Source: Candidatus Thorarchaeota archaeon (GTDB taxonomy: Archaea; Asgardarchaeota; Thorarchaeia; Thorarchaeales; Thorarchaeaceae). From it: a stretch of DNA of 32,000 nt. Positions 1 to 9,194 of this stretch are shown here, in pieces. Within the stretch, counting starts at the first letter, position 1, and each line of letters begins with the position of its first letter. The position numbers and the translations under genes were made by a program. Location: NCBI GenBank assembly GCA_008080745.1, contig SHMX01000001.1, forward strand, positions 240,001-272,000. Direction: 5' to 3'. The notes under the pieces are model-generated. The model did not search any database. It worked only from the letters and a program-made list of their open reading frames with translations, and was not told the DNA's origin.

Positions 1-2
1 AA

Positions 3-284
3 GACAAAAGAACATTGGTACTTCATACCGGTGACGAATCAATTGATATGGCACTTGAACTAACATCGGTCACAGAACGGGTAATCTTACTCACCCCCGC
101 AGAAATGATTCACACCACAGAGGAACTTGCAGAAGAATTAGCCAATTCAAGTGTGAAGGTATTGACTCAATCACGTTTACTTGAGGTGCGTGGTGAGTTT
201 GAGGTTGAGCGGGTCCTAGTCAAAAATTTGGATGAGGACGAGGATTACGAACTACATGTTGATGCGGTTGTCATAATCGATTAG
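3..284 (+). CDS. 5'-partial thioredoxin-reductase-like (pyridine nucleotide-disulfide oxidoreductase) NAD(P)-binding domain protein with a degenerate motif
   Basis: Frame is open to the window edge. DKRTLVLHTGDESIDMALEL..RVILL...VERVLVKN...ELHVDAVVII aligns with the TrxB NADPH domain (GKxVxVIGGGxSAxExAL ... LxVDGVFIxIG). Confidence 0.6.
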   Translation, partial: DKRTLVLHTGDESIDMALELTSVTERVILLTPAEMIHTTEELAEELANSSVKVLTQSRLLEVRGEFEVERVLVKNLDEDEDYELHVDAVVIID

Positions 285-288
285 ATAT

Positions 289-1254
289 TTATTGTCCATA
301 GTACGGTGATTTGGCTAGGAGCCTTCGTCGTACTAATGGGCGGAATAGCATTGCAAGATACCTTTTGATTCCAGCTAGTTCCTTGTATTCTTCAAGAAAG
401 TCTTCAAAGTCATGTTTTTGAAAGTCTAGGATTTTTTGAGACTCCTCTGTATCCATCCAATCAGTGTGAAACCAATCTTCATCACATGTGACTTCTTTAA
501 ACGCAGAGTCCGGAAGCATTCCTATACCCATCGCATCCAACATCTTGCTTACAAAATGACGATACGTCATTCTGCACGACTCACCACCCCCAAGTAGAAG
601 AATCTTCTCTTGAGCATCTACCTCCACCGCATTGGCACAAGCCAGACCAATATCACGAGTATGGACAAATTCGATTCTTTGTTCTAGAGGGATTTCGAAC
701 ATTATGGGATCCACATCCATACCAATCGATAATGGTGTTACGACCCCAAATCGCAAAATTGTCCAAGGTAAATCACTTGCTTTGACCAGCTTTTCACATT
801 CAATCTTATGTTCAGTGTATGGGTCTGTAGCCTGTTGTGGATCTGAAGCAGTTTTTGGAGGGCCTTCTCCAGTGCAATGTCCATAGGTAGCAATGGAGCT
901 AGCATAGATGAACTTCGGAGGGGATTCCATCTCCTGTGCAGCCTTCAAAAGATTGGAGGTTCCTCCAACGTTGACCTCTCTGGCTAAATCGGGATTTATA
1001 TCTGAAACTGGAGGTATAATTGCAGCAAGATGGATTATAGTTTCCATATTGAGAGCTGCCATTGATACTGCATCATAATCACGTATGTCACCCCACACAG
1101 TCTGAAAATCCCCAATTTCTTCCATTTTTTTCTGGGTCTTTTCATTCCTTTTTGTGGGAAGGTCGAAACATCTTATGTAGTACCCCTTCTCTAGAAGTGC
1201 CATCAGCGTACTCTCGCCGACATTTCCAAAAGCTCCAGTCACCAATACCTGCAT
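289..1254 (-). CDS. NAD-dependent epimerase/dehydratase (extended SDR)
   Basis: TGAFGNVG Rossmann motif, IIHLAA, YASS, catalytic YxxxK (YTEHK), TILRFG. Confidence 0.9.
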   Translation of the reverse strand: MQVLVTGAFGNVGESTLMALLEKGYYIRCFDLPTKRNEKTQKKMEEIGDFQTVWGDIRDYDAVSMAALNMETIIHLAAIIPPVSDINPDLAREVNVGGTSNLLKAAQEMESPPKFIYASSIATYGHCTGEGPPKTASDPQQATDPYTEHKIECEKLVKASDLPWTILRFGVVTPLSIGMDVDPIMFEIPLEQRIEFVHTRDIGLACANAVEVDAQEKILLLGGGESCRMTYRHFVSKMLDAMGIGMLPDSAFKEVTCDEDWFHTDWMDTEESQKILDFQKHDFEDFLEEYKELAGIKRYLAMLFRPLVRRRLLAKSPYYGQ

Positions 1255-1315
1255 AATGAAAAACTCTCACAATTACTTATCTCAGTTATGTTTCTTTTTA
1301 GAGGTTTGTTGGACG

Positions 1316-2164
1316 TCACAAGTTGGCAACTCTGTGCACGGTCTGTACAAAAGCATCAAGTGAGTCTAAACGCATCATATGTTCAGGTTCAAATGTGAAA
1401 ATTCCAGAATATCCCCAGTCATCCTGTATTTTTCTAACCGCTTCATCAAATGTGAACGGGGCATTATCCAGAGTATACTGATTCCCCTGGAGAGTTCCAC
1501 GTAGATGAATGTTAGCAATTCGATCTACCACTACGGAAAATTTCTCAAGTTCGTCATACAATGCGGCCCATCGAATATCCAAGGTAATGGCATTAAAATG
1601 ACGAATCAAATCGAAAGGAGTCGAACCTTCAAGATGTGTAGGAACATTTTCCACACTTCCTGTAATGGATGGATATTCCTTAGAAACATCAGCTAAAGTT
1701 GTCTTCAAAAATTCAATATCAAAATGTTTCTTGTAAGTATCCCAGAAATGGAAAACAATTACTTTAGCACCAACAGATTCTGCCAAATGGAACGTATCAC
1801 GAACCATATCTTTGCCAATTTCACGCTCACGCGGATTTTCTGAACAGAGACAAATGCCCACATCACGATTACCGTGAATTGACATAATAGGAAGATCAGC
1901 TGCTTTGAGTATATCCACAATATTTTGAATCGAGTGTTTTTCACTCTTCTTCCAGGTTTCAGGTCGGTGTCCTTTTGTCTTATTATCACGAGGAGGACAT
2001 GCCCTAACCCATTCTGCCATATTCTGAAATTCAAAATTAATTACAGGACACATTTTTTGTAATATTTTTGCCCCCTGTATGATCCCATATAAATCATAGT
2101 AAGGAAATTCGCCAAGAGAAGCAAGTGGTGTTGTAGTGATTGATACATGATTCACGGGAATCAT
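1316..2164 (-). CDS. Sugar phosphate isomerase/epimerase (xylose-isomerase-like / AP endonuclease 2 TIM barrel)
   Basis: SIHG, VIVFH, SVEN, TLD, NIHL and FTFE metal-ligand pattern. ATG at 2164 preferred over TTG at 2176. Confidence 0.75.
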   Translation of the reverse strand: MIPVNHVSITTTPLASLGEFPYYDLYGIIQGAKILQKMCPVINFEFQNMAEWVRACPPRDNKTKGHRPETWKKSEKHSIQNIVDILKAADLPIMSIHGNRDVGICLCSENPREREIGKDMVRDTFHLAESVGAKVIVFHFWDTYKKHFDIEFLKTTLADVSKEYPSITGSVENVPTHLEGSTPFDLIRHFNAITLDIRWAALYDELEKFSVVVDRIANIHLRGTLQGNQYTLDNAPFTFDEAVRKIQDDWGYSGIFTFEPEHMMRLDSLDAFVQTVHRVANL

Positions 2165-2233
2165 ATCAAAGTGCAATCTAGGAAAAGAAAAATCTTGGCT
2201 TAGTGGAAGAATACAAGGCTAGTAATAATCATA

Positions 2234-2764
2234 CTATTTGTTCTTTTTTTCTCCTGTGTTTTCACGTAGAGATAGAAGCTCTCGTTCGCATCGTCTGACA
2301 AGAGATAAGCCAGATATCAAATCATCTTTGAATTTATTTATAAAAGCAAAGTCACTTGCTGATAGCTCTTTATTAAATAATATATCTAAATCATTACTCA
2401 TATAGTTGAGTTCTAGAACAACTCGTCTTAAACTGAATCGTAGAATCTCATGAAAACCATCCTCTAGTCCGTATAGTTGACGCCTTCGCCCAGTGCTCTG
2501 GTTAGTTGCGTCTGATTTAGATAGGAGTATATTCAAACTCTTCAGTTGTGATAGAACCACACTGACAGTGCTACGGGCATAGCCTGTTAGATCACATATA
2601 CTATCAGCATACAGCCATTTCTGACCAGTATAATGACAGGCAACGACTGCAGAAAGGATATCTAGTGTGGCATCTGATTGATTTAACCAGTCAATATGGC
2701 GTTTCGTAATTCGTCTGATTTCTTCAAAAGACTCAGTGACAGGCTCTTCCAGAAGAATACACAC
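2234..2764 (-). CDS. MarR/GbsR-like winged-helix transcriptional regulator
   Basis: ICDLTGYARSTVSVVLSQLKSLNIL HTH, then GRRRQLY wing, then helical C-terminus. Confidence 0.7.
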   Translation of the reverse strand: MCILLEEPVTESFEEIRRITKRHIDWLNQSDATLDILSAVVACHYTGQKWLYADSICDLTGYARSTVSVVLSQLKSLNILLSKSDATNQSTGRRRQLYGLEDGFHEILRFSLRRVVLELNYMSNDLDILFNKELSASDFAFINKFKDDLISGLSLVRRCERELLSLRENTGEKKNK

Positions 2765-2995
2765 TCCATGTATTTAATGTAGATTTGGGTTTAATACCCA
2801 AGGCACCACCATATCATTCTATAATTAAACAAGTGTATATAGAATTATCCCACGCATTATCAAAAATTCTGATATTTCTGTTTTTTCAGTTTTTTCATAT
2901 ATCCGTGAAATATTTAATAGCCAAAATAGCTGTACTTGGATTGGGACCGGACTCTGTATTCAAACAGGGTGTTTTTCCCAAGGGGACTAAAAAAT

Positions 2996-3463
2996 ATGGA
3001 ATATAAAGAACTACTAGATGTTAGCAACATCATCGTTGCCACACTCTCCAAATCCATGACTCGAATGGGTCTGAGCGGAGATTTCATTGTGACTCAGATG
3101 GCTGAAGAATTTGGTTCAGCGGATATCCGTGAACTTGTGATTCATGCTGCTGGGGATATAACCAGTGAAACTGTCGATGGTGTATTGGAAGAGTATGCTA
3201 CTATTATGGACGAACTGATGGCGGTTCAAGAGTTCGAGGTTCTTGAAAAGACTGAATCTCAGATCAAATTGAAACTAAAACATTGTGCTTTTGCTACTGT
3301 TTCTACCATCATACGGGACGGAGATAAAACCAAGATTCCTCCCTGTCCATGGATAGCTCTACTAACTTCAGCACTCAACAGACAAACCGAATCTAAAGCA
3401 TATATTGAGAGTAGCGAATGGGATGAGGATACAAACACATGCCTCATGACAATATCTCTCTAA
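2996..3463 (+). CDS. V4R / methanogen-output-domain-like small ligand-binding protein
   Basis: LKLKHCAF...PCPW...C Cys pattern and alpha/beta layout. ATG at 2996 preferred over the ORF-track start at 2936. Confidence 0.55.
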   Translation: MEYKELLDVSNIIVATLSKSMTRMGLSGDFIVTQMAEEFGSADIRELVIHAAGDITSETVDGVLEEYATIMDELMAVQEFEVLEKTESQIKLKLKHCAFATVSTIIRDGDKTKIPPCPWIALLTSALNRQTESKAYIESSEWDEDTNTCLMTISL

Positions 3464-3475
3464 GGAGGTGAAAAA

Positions 3476-3709
3476 ATGGCAAAGAAAACCTGTCTCGATT
3501 GTCGATTTGCTGGCGAACTGAATCCACAGCAGATGGTCTACTGTAAGAAGTTGAACATTTACGTCGATGATGATACACAACACGAATGTGAAGACTACAA
3601 AGAAAGGAGTGAAAAACAGGAGAAGATAGAAGAACCTGTCAAAATAGATGAAGATGGCACTCCAAAGGAAGGGAAGACCAAAACCAGTAAGAAAACCAAG
3701 AAGGAATAA
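3476..3709 (+). CDS. Small Cys-rich (CxxC...C...C) protein with a charged Lys/Glu tail
   Basis: AGGAGGTG Shine-Dalgarno upstream of the ATG; CLDC..YC..EC; sits tightly between neighbouring + strand genes. Confidence 0.7.
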   Translation: MAKKTCLDCRFAGELNPQQMVYCKKLNIYVDDDTQHECEDYKERSEKQEKIEEPVKIDEDGTPKEGKTKTSKKTKKE

Positions 3710-3718
3710 AGGAGTTGA

Positions 3719-4399
3719 ATGATTTTGAAGAGTAATAGTCTTATCGCTGAATTCGTCGGCACATTCACTCTTGTTCTATTTGGCGCTGGGACAGCTGCGG
3801 TCACAGGTAGTGTATTGGCAGCTGCCTTAGCTTTTGGATTCGCCCTCATGGTGATAGTTGTACAATTTGGAAAAATATCGGGTGCACATGTGAATCCTGC
3901 AGTGACATTAGGTCTTCTGGCCGATAAAAAGATCGAGAGAAAAACCGCTATTGGTTATATTCTCTTTCAATTGGCTGGAGGCGCATTTGCGGGTCTAGTA
4001 TTATGGCTAGTATTACCACCCAGTTTTGCTAGTACATATGGAGCGACAACTCTTACGAGCGGACTACAAGTCTATCAGGGATTTGTCATTGAAATGATTC
4101 TCACATTTCTACTCGTTGGTACAATCTATCAGGCAGCTGTGAATAAGTCAGGCGGTGCTCTTACCCCTGTTATTATCGGAGGTGCACTTACGGTCGCGAT
4201 TCTTCTGGGTGGAACTTTGACTGGAGGTTCTCTCAATTTTGCACGAACATTAGGCCCACTAATCAGTGAGGCTCTAGCTGGGACATTAGCAATCGGTAGT
4301 CTTATCGATGTAGCAATTGTCTATGGAGCTGGAACCCTGGCGGGTGGCATTCTTGCAACATTGGTCCATTCAAAGATATTCAAAAATCCAGAAGAATAG
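3719..4399 (+). CDS. Aquaporin / MIP family channel
   Basis: AEFVGTF, SGAHVNPAVT (NPA1), GGSLNFART (NPA2 variant), about six hydrophobic helices, GGAG RBS upstream. Confidence 0.92.
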   Translation: MILKSNSLIAEFVGTFTLVLFGAGTAAVTGSVLAAALAFGFALMVIVVQFGKISGAHVNPAVTLGLLADKKIERKTAIGYILFQLAGGAFAGLVLWLVLPPSFASTYGATTLTSGLQVYQGFVIEMILTFLLVGTIYQAAVNKSGGALTPVIIGGALTVAILLGGTLTGGSLNFARTLGPLISEALAGTLAIGSLIDVAIVYGAGTLAGGILATLVHSKIFKNPEE

Positions 4400-4422
4400 T
4401 CCACCAAACAAAATTTGTCCCA

Positions 4423-4459
4423 AGGGAATATGATTGTTATCATATTCCCTGTTTTTTTC
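4423..4459 (+). terminator. Putative intrinsic terminator: 11-bp perfect hairpin followed by a T-run
   Basis: AGGGAATATGA (4423-4433), loop TTGTTA, TCATATTCCCT (4440-4450), then GTTTTTTT, just downstream of the aquaporin stop. Confidence 0.6.
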
Positions 4460-4548
4460 GTTATTTTCTATAATAGAACACAAAAATTTAATCGGAGGTT
4501 AACATCATTATCACTACGTTTGGATTAGAAGAAGAACCCCACTATTTA

Positions 4549-5289
4549 TTGAAAGTGGTAATAATAAGCCAAAACAAACTACTAACAAGAGTCATTTCAG
4601 ATGCCTTTTCCACTCTAGAAAGACAATATCAGCTTGAGAAATATGAAAGTATTGATAATATCATAAAAGGTACCAATTCTAGACAAATTGACGCTATATT
4701 CTGCGACCTATCTCATGACTCTATTGAGGCCCTTGATTTGCTTGAGAAGATAAGAACAATATCCAAAGAGATTCCGTTTATTGTAATAACCGATAAACAT
4801 TCTGAACGAGATCCAACATTGTTCTTGAATAGAGGAGCAGATTATTCTCTTTGTACTGAAGATATAGAAGACATCGACTTTGAAAAATTGGTAGAATATG
4901 TGGTACATATGTTCTTGAAACGGTTTAGCTATAGAATAATCAAGAAATATGAGATGTTTATTGCGAGTATGTTCAGTAAGTCACCATTACCAACTCTAAC
5001 ATGTGATTTAGATGGAACTGTTCGAAGCTTCAATAATAAATTTGGAGATATCCTATGTAAATCCGAGAATGTAGAACCATTTAACATATATCAATTGATT
5101 GAATCGGAGGGTAGGAGAATATTTCCAGATATACTTGAAAAATTAGAAATGAAAGAATACTTACAAGTAGAAGTTCAAATAATCTGTAAATTACATGAAG
5201 AGTGTAAGGAATGGTCGGGAGAGTTAACTCTTTACCCCGTAAAACAAGATACCAGAAAAGAGTTAGTATTTATTTTTAAACCAGATTAG
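4549..5289 (+). CDS. Atypical response-regulator receiver fused to a PAS-like domain
   Basis: IDAIFCDL (phospho-acceptor Asp), IPFIVIT, GAD; C-terminal SPLPTLTCDLDGTVRSFN...FGDIL is PAS-like. TTG start. Confidence 0.65.
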   Translation: MKVVIISQNKLLTRVISDAFSTLERQYQLEKYESIDNIIKGTNSRQIDAIFCDLSHDSIEALDLLEKIRTISKEIPFIVITDKHSERDPTLFLNRGADYSLCTEDIEDIDFEKLVEYVVHMFLKRFSYRIIKKYEMFIASMFSKSPLPTLTCDLDGTVRSFNNKFGDILCKSENVEPFNIYQLIESEGRRIFPDILEKLEMKEYLQVEVQIICKLHEECKEWSGELTLYPVKQDTRKELVFIFKPD

Positions 5290-5403
5290 AACTGTTATTG
5301 AAACATCCCAATCGAGTAATTAGGAAATGGTTATGTGGATTGGGATGTAGCTTTTCATTCACATCTATCATTAATGAGGGACTTTTATATCATGATATGT
5401 ACA

Positions 5404-6261
5404 TCATCCTTTAGCGATACTTTCATCTTGTTTTTGAGATGGGCTATTATCTAAGTTAGGACCATAATAGATAGAGATAGCTACAGCAATCAAGACAATT
5501 ATGATTGTCGAACTGAATGCAACCTCAAATGACTGCAGAGGAAGAAAGACCCACAATATCCAGTTCAAAGAGGTATGTAACATCAGAGTAGCAAAGACAC
5601 TGCCCTTTGTATTGTTGTAGATCCAAGTGAAGAGTATCGAGGAGAAGATGACTGATATCACCATAATCCAGACTGGCTGGTCATAGTAGAATGCACTACC
5701 ATCGCCTGGAGATGGGAGGAAGAACAGAGGGAAATGCCAGAGAGCCCAAGCCACACCAACTATGAAAGAAGTCACTATAGCATTGTATTGCTCCTGAAGT
5801 TTTGGAACCGCATAACCACGCCAGCCAAATTCTTCTTGGAGAGGCCCCGCTGTCAATAAAATTACAAAGAACCCAATAGTAATCACTTCGGGGTGGGCCA
5901 AAATCTCCAAGTCCGGAGAAAATCCGAATGGAATACCCACTAGCATCGAAACAAGAAATATTGCGGGATAGAGAAGAAACATCGGAAGTACCCATTTCTT
6001 GGCAAAATCAACCATAATTCCCTTTTTCAGGAGATTCTTGATGCCTTTCAGACCATTCTCTTTAACTACCAAAAGTATTGCTGCAACTAAAGGCCCAAAG
6101 GCAGCAATATTGAAAGGACTTGATAGGAATTCCGTAAAAACAGAATCCGCAATAATTCCCATGCTATTCAATACCTGAGGAACCCAGAATATCCAAGAAA
6201 AGACATAGGTGATTATGAAAAACACAAGAGTATTACGTAGACTGTTCTCAGCTGAGGACAT
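5404..6261 (-). CDS. CPBP family intramembrane glutamic endopeptidase (CAAX protease/Abi)
   Basis: EEFGWRGY, WALWH, TWIYNNTKGS...LH motifs; multi-pass membrane protein. Confidence 0.92.
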   Translation of the reverse strand: MSSAENSLRNTLVFFIITYVFSWIFWVPQVLNSMGIIADSVFTEFLSSPFNIAAFGPLVAAILLVVKENGLKGIKNLLKKGIMVDFAKKWVLPMFLLYPAIFLVSMLVGIPFGFSPDLEILAHPEVITIGFFVILLTAGPLQEEFGWRGYAVPKLQEQYNAIVTSFIVGVAWALWHFPLFFLPSPGDGSAFYYDQPVWIMVISVIFSSILFTWIYNNTKGSVFATLMLHTSLNWILWVFLPLQSFEVAFSSTIIIVLIAVAISIYYGPNLDNSPSQKQDESIAKG

Positions 6262-6343
6262 GTTATCTCCATCCTGACAGGTAGGAAAAATTCACCGGTA
6301 AAAACTTGTTGGGAGTTTATCGAGTACTAAGATGTGAACAAAT

Positions 6344-6880
6344 ATGATCAACAGGGAGAAATTAAGCCGATATCTATCGTATTTGCTCAGGCATCACCCT
6401 GAGAAAGCAGATCTAGAAATTGATAGACTTGGAGGATGGGTTTCGGTTGAAAAACTCCTTGCACACCTGAATATCAGCCTAGAAGACCTCAAAGAGATTG
6501 TTGCTAAGGACAAAAAGAGACGTTATTCATTTGAGGGAGATAAGTTCGAACGAATAAGAGCTAATCAGGGGCATAGTGTTGATGTCGATTTGGAACTTAG
6601 AAAAGTGATACCTCCAGATATTCTATATCATGGTACCGCATTCAGACATTTACCAGAAATCAGAAACGAGGGTCTCCAGAGTATGGGACGGCATCATGTT
6701 CATTTATCCGAGACCTACGAAGATGCACTAAAAGTGGGAAATCGACATGGAAGACCTGTTGTTATTGTCATTGATTCTGCATCCATGCACCGGGATGGAA
6801 TCGAATTTTATATCTCCGAGAACAATGTCTATCTTATAGAGCAGGTACCACCAAAATATTTCCTTGAAATAAAGTCCTAA
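6344..6880 (+). CDS. kptA: RNA 2'-phosphotransferase (Tpt1/KptA)
   Basis: LSYLLRH, KKRRY, IRANQGHS, LYHGT, HVHLS and VPPKY signature motifs. Confidence 0.95.
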   Translation: MINREKLSRYLSYLLRHHPEKADLEIDRLGGWVSVEKLLAHLNISLEDLKEIVAKDKKRRYSFEGDKFERIRANQGHSVDVDLELRKVIPPDILYHGTAFRHLPEIRNEGLQSMGRHHVHLSETYEDALKVGNRHGRPVVIVIDSASMHRDGIEFYISENNVYLIEQVPPKYFLEIKS

Positions 6881-8049
6881 CGTTCAAAGACAATGAGAGG
6901 CACATACATTTCCTCCTCAGAGACCCCTCCATGATGCCCAAGGATAATCTTACGGTTTCGTCCAGGGAAATGATTAAGGTAAGCATAGTTCTCCTTCATC
7001 ATCAGGACATAATCCCCAATACGTCCTTCAAAAGTGGGACTTGGTGTTTTGTATCCAAACCAACCCTCATCAACTAATTCACTACTCTCTCGCACATAAC
7101 AGGCATGACTCAAGTTATCATCTATGTAATTCAGAAAATTATCAACCCTAGATGGGCGAACATAGCAATAACCCGTCCGAGTGTCCCCACAAACGGGCAT
7201 GGTAAGGGTATCAGTTAGTGCGGGATGGTCTTCGCCGAGAATCAGGGTATCACGAGTGGCATCGACCATACCATGATCTGCAGTGATAATTACCCTAACA
7301 TCACGGGGAAGGTTATGCTCCAAAAAATTACCTATCTTCTCATCAATTAGTTCTAAATGATTCAAAGTCTTTTCATGTTCACATCCGAATTTGTGTGAGA
7401 GATGGTCTAGTTCACCATAGTAAGCATAGACGAATTTTTTCCCTTTTCTAGATAGCTCGAAGGACAGACTATCAATAAGGTCTCCAAGTCCTTCATATCC
7501 CTCTCTATGGCTATGTCCAGACATATAGGAAGAATATTTCGAGTCCACTATATCTTCAGGTTGTACAGTTACAGACTTCACCCGGGGAGCCCTTAAGATA
7601 GAAGAAGACCCAATGAAATCGGATATCTTGATGTCCATCGGATGATTATTAGCCATTGTAACAAAAGGCAGGAACTGTGTAACAACTCCCAGCTCCTTGA
7701 GATACACGTACCAACCTGTAATTCCATGTTGAGCTGGAGGAGTTGCAGTAAAAAGGGAAGATATGACAGGTCCTGTGCTAGGAGGAAAGACGCTAGTTAG
7801 ACGAGCGGTCAGGTTGTCTCTAAGAGGTCCAGAATGGATTTGCCGTCGAAGACAATTGTAACCAAGTCCGTCTATAACCAACAGCAACAGAGAGCTGTGT
7901 GTATCTGTTATCGATTGGTCACCAATAACAAGTTCGGGATAAGAGGATTGATTCCCAATATAACTTGCAATAGCGCTACTGAGATTAACTAAAGATTGTT
8001 TCTCATAGTCAGGTCTGATTGACATTAAGCCTAGATAGATATAGTACAA
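6877..8049 (-). CDS. Alkaline-phosphatase superfamily nucleotide pyrophosphatase/phosphodiesterase
   Basis: VIDGLG, SVFPPST, ELDHLSH, ITADHG and GHHGG metal-binding motifs. Confidence 0.88.
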   Translation of the reverse strand: MYYIYLGLMSIRPDYEKQSLVNLSSAIASYIGNQSSYPELVIGDQSITDTHSSLLLLVIDGLGYNCLRRQIHSGPLRDNLTARLTSVFPPSTGPVISSLFTATPPAQHGITGWYVYLKELGVVTQFLPFVTMANNHPMDIKISDFIGSSSILRAPRVKSVTVQPEDIVDSKYSSYMSGHSHREGYEGLGDLIDSLSFELSRKGKKFVYAYYGELDHLSHKFGCEHEKTLNHLELIDEKIGNFLEHNLPRDVRVIITADHGMVDATRDTLILGEDHPALTDTLTMPVCGDTRTGYCYVRPSRVDNFLNYIDDNLSHACYVRESSELVDEGWFGYKTPSPTFEGRIGDYVLMMKENYAYLNHFPGRNRKIILGHHGGVSEEEMYVPLIVFER

Positions 8050-8219
8050 TATCAGTCTAATGGAATATTGATTATCTAACGGAGGGGTTTCAAACAGATG
8101 CTAAAAACTTGGACATATCTGGACAAAAAACGACAGGAGCTTATATAGGGTGATCCAGAATGGAGTACTGGTTGCAAGACATAGAATCCCTGACCAGGAC
8201 AGAGATTCACCCAGTGCCG

Positions 8220-8423
8220 TTACCTGGGAGGACAACGCTCTGATGTCCAAGATTGTCCATAAAACAATGAACGGTAATCGTCTGAGATATATGCTTTCAT
8301 CTCCTCCGAAACCTCTGGATATCTCACTAGTGTTTCATCGTCCACTATTTCTATATCGTAACCTAGCTCCTTGAAACTCTGTTGAATAGAAGGAAATCTA
8401 CTCTCATAAATCTCTGTAAACAC
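8220..8423 (-). CDS. Small hypothetical protein (possibly a gene remnant)
   Basis: 67-aa ORF with protein-like acidic composition, co-oriented with its neighbours; no recognisable motif. Confidence 0.35.
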   Translation of the reverse strand: MFTEIYESRFPSIQQSFKELGYDIEIVDDETLVRYPEVSEEMKAYISDDYRSLFYGQSWTSERCPPR

Positions 8424-8477
8424 TTTATGAGCAGAGAGAATTCGGAATCCGTGAGCAGTTAACCAAATGTCGATAAG

Positions 8478-8996
8478 CTATAGGTGTCTTTTCTCATGAT
8501 AGAATTTCATGATGTCTTCATCCCGAAAGATACCCAGAAAATCATCACGCCATACATGTTTACCAACTCGAATACAAGGAGTCTTCAGTTTCCTCTCCTT
8601 CTTTATGACATCATGTGAGCCTACAACAACAAGCTGAATTGGTTGATTTTCAAAGGTGAGTAGTTTTCCAGTTGATTTGTCGATTATCCGATATTCTGGA
8701 ATTTTACCTGTCAATCGTAACGAATGTACTGTCAACATGACAGATTGATCCGTCAGTTCGAAATGAAGTCCCGTATCCCCATCAAAAGGACTAGGTCTGC
8801 TTTTTCTCTCCTCAATATGTGCTTGAATCTTTTCGGCAGAATATCCCTTTTCGGTCATCTTGGTGATGAACATCATGTCAGTCATCACATCAGCAACCTT
8901 CAGCTGCTTCTTCGCAATCTTTGATTCATCCACGCTCTCAACATAGACTGTTAGAATCCTGTCTTCGTCCCATTCCCTAGGTGTTCTTCCAAACAT
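8478..8996 (-). CDS. Hypothetical protein
   Basis: 172-aa ORF, ATG start with upstream GAGGAA-like RBS; no family recognised. Confidence 0.65.
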   Translation of the reverse strand: MFGRTPREWDEDRILTVYVESVDESKIAKKQLKVADVMTDMMFITKMTEKGYSAEKIQAHIEERKSRPSPFDGDTGLHFELTDQSVMLTVHSLRLTGKIPEYRIIDKSTGKLLTFENQPIQLVVVGSHDVIKKERKLKTPCIRVGKHVWRDDFLGIFRDEDIMKFYHEKRHL

Positions 8997-9194
8997 ATCT
9001 CTCAGTTCCTCTCAGTTTTTTAAAATACTACCAACTGATAGAGCTTCTCATATTGAGACCTTATCAAGTGTCTGGATTTCACACTCAGGGAGTAATCAAA
9101 ACAGCTGAAGAAACAAAGTGAAAAAGAATCGGATACAGTCACGATGGAAAATGTAAAAGTAACTCTTATCTAATAGAAACTAATCATTCACCTT

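Noticed and set aside
282-370. Pyrrolysine or selenocysteine readthrough of the TAG ending the TrxB-like ORF
   Set aside because: The downstream frame overlaps the convergent SDR gene and does not resemble the TrxB C-terminus. I saw no in-frame TGA at a catalytic Cys position in any gene.
632-2034. Short alternative ORFs over the SDR and isomerase genes
   Set aside because: Antisense or out-of-frame shadows of recognisable genes.
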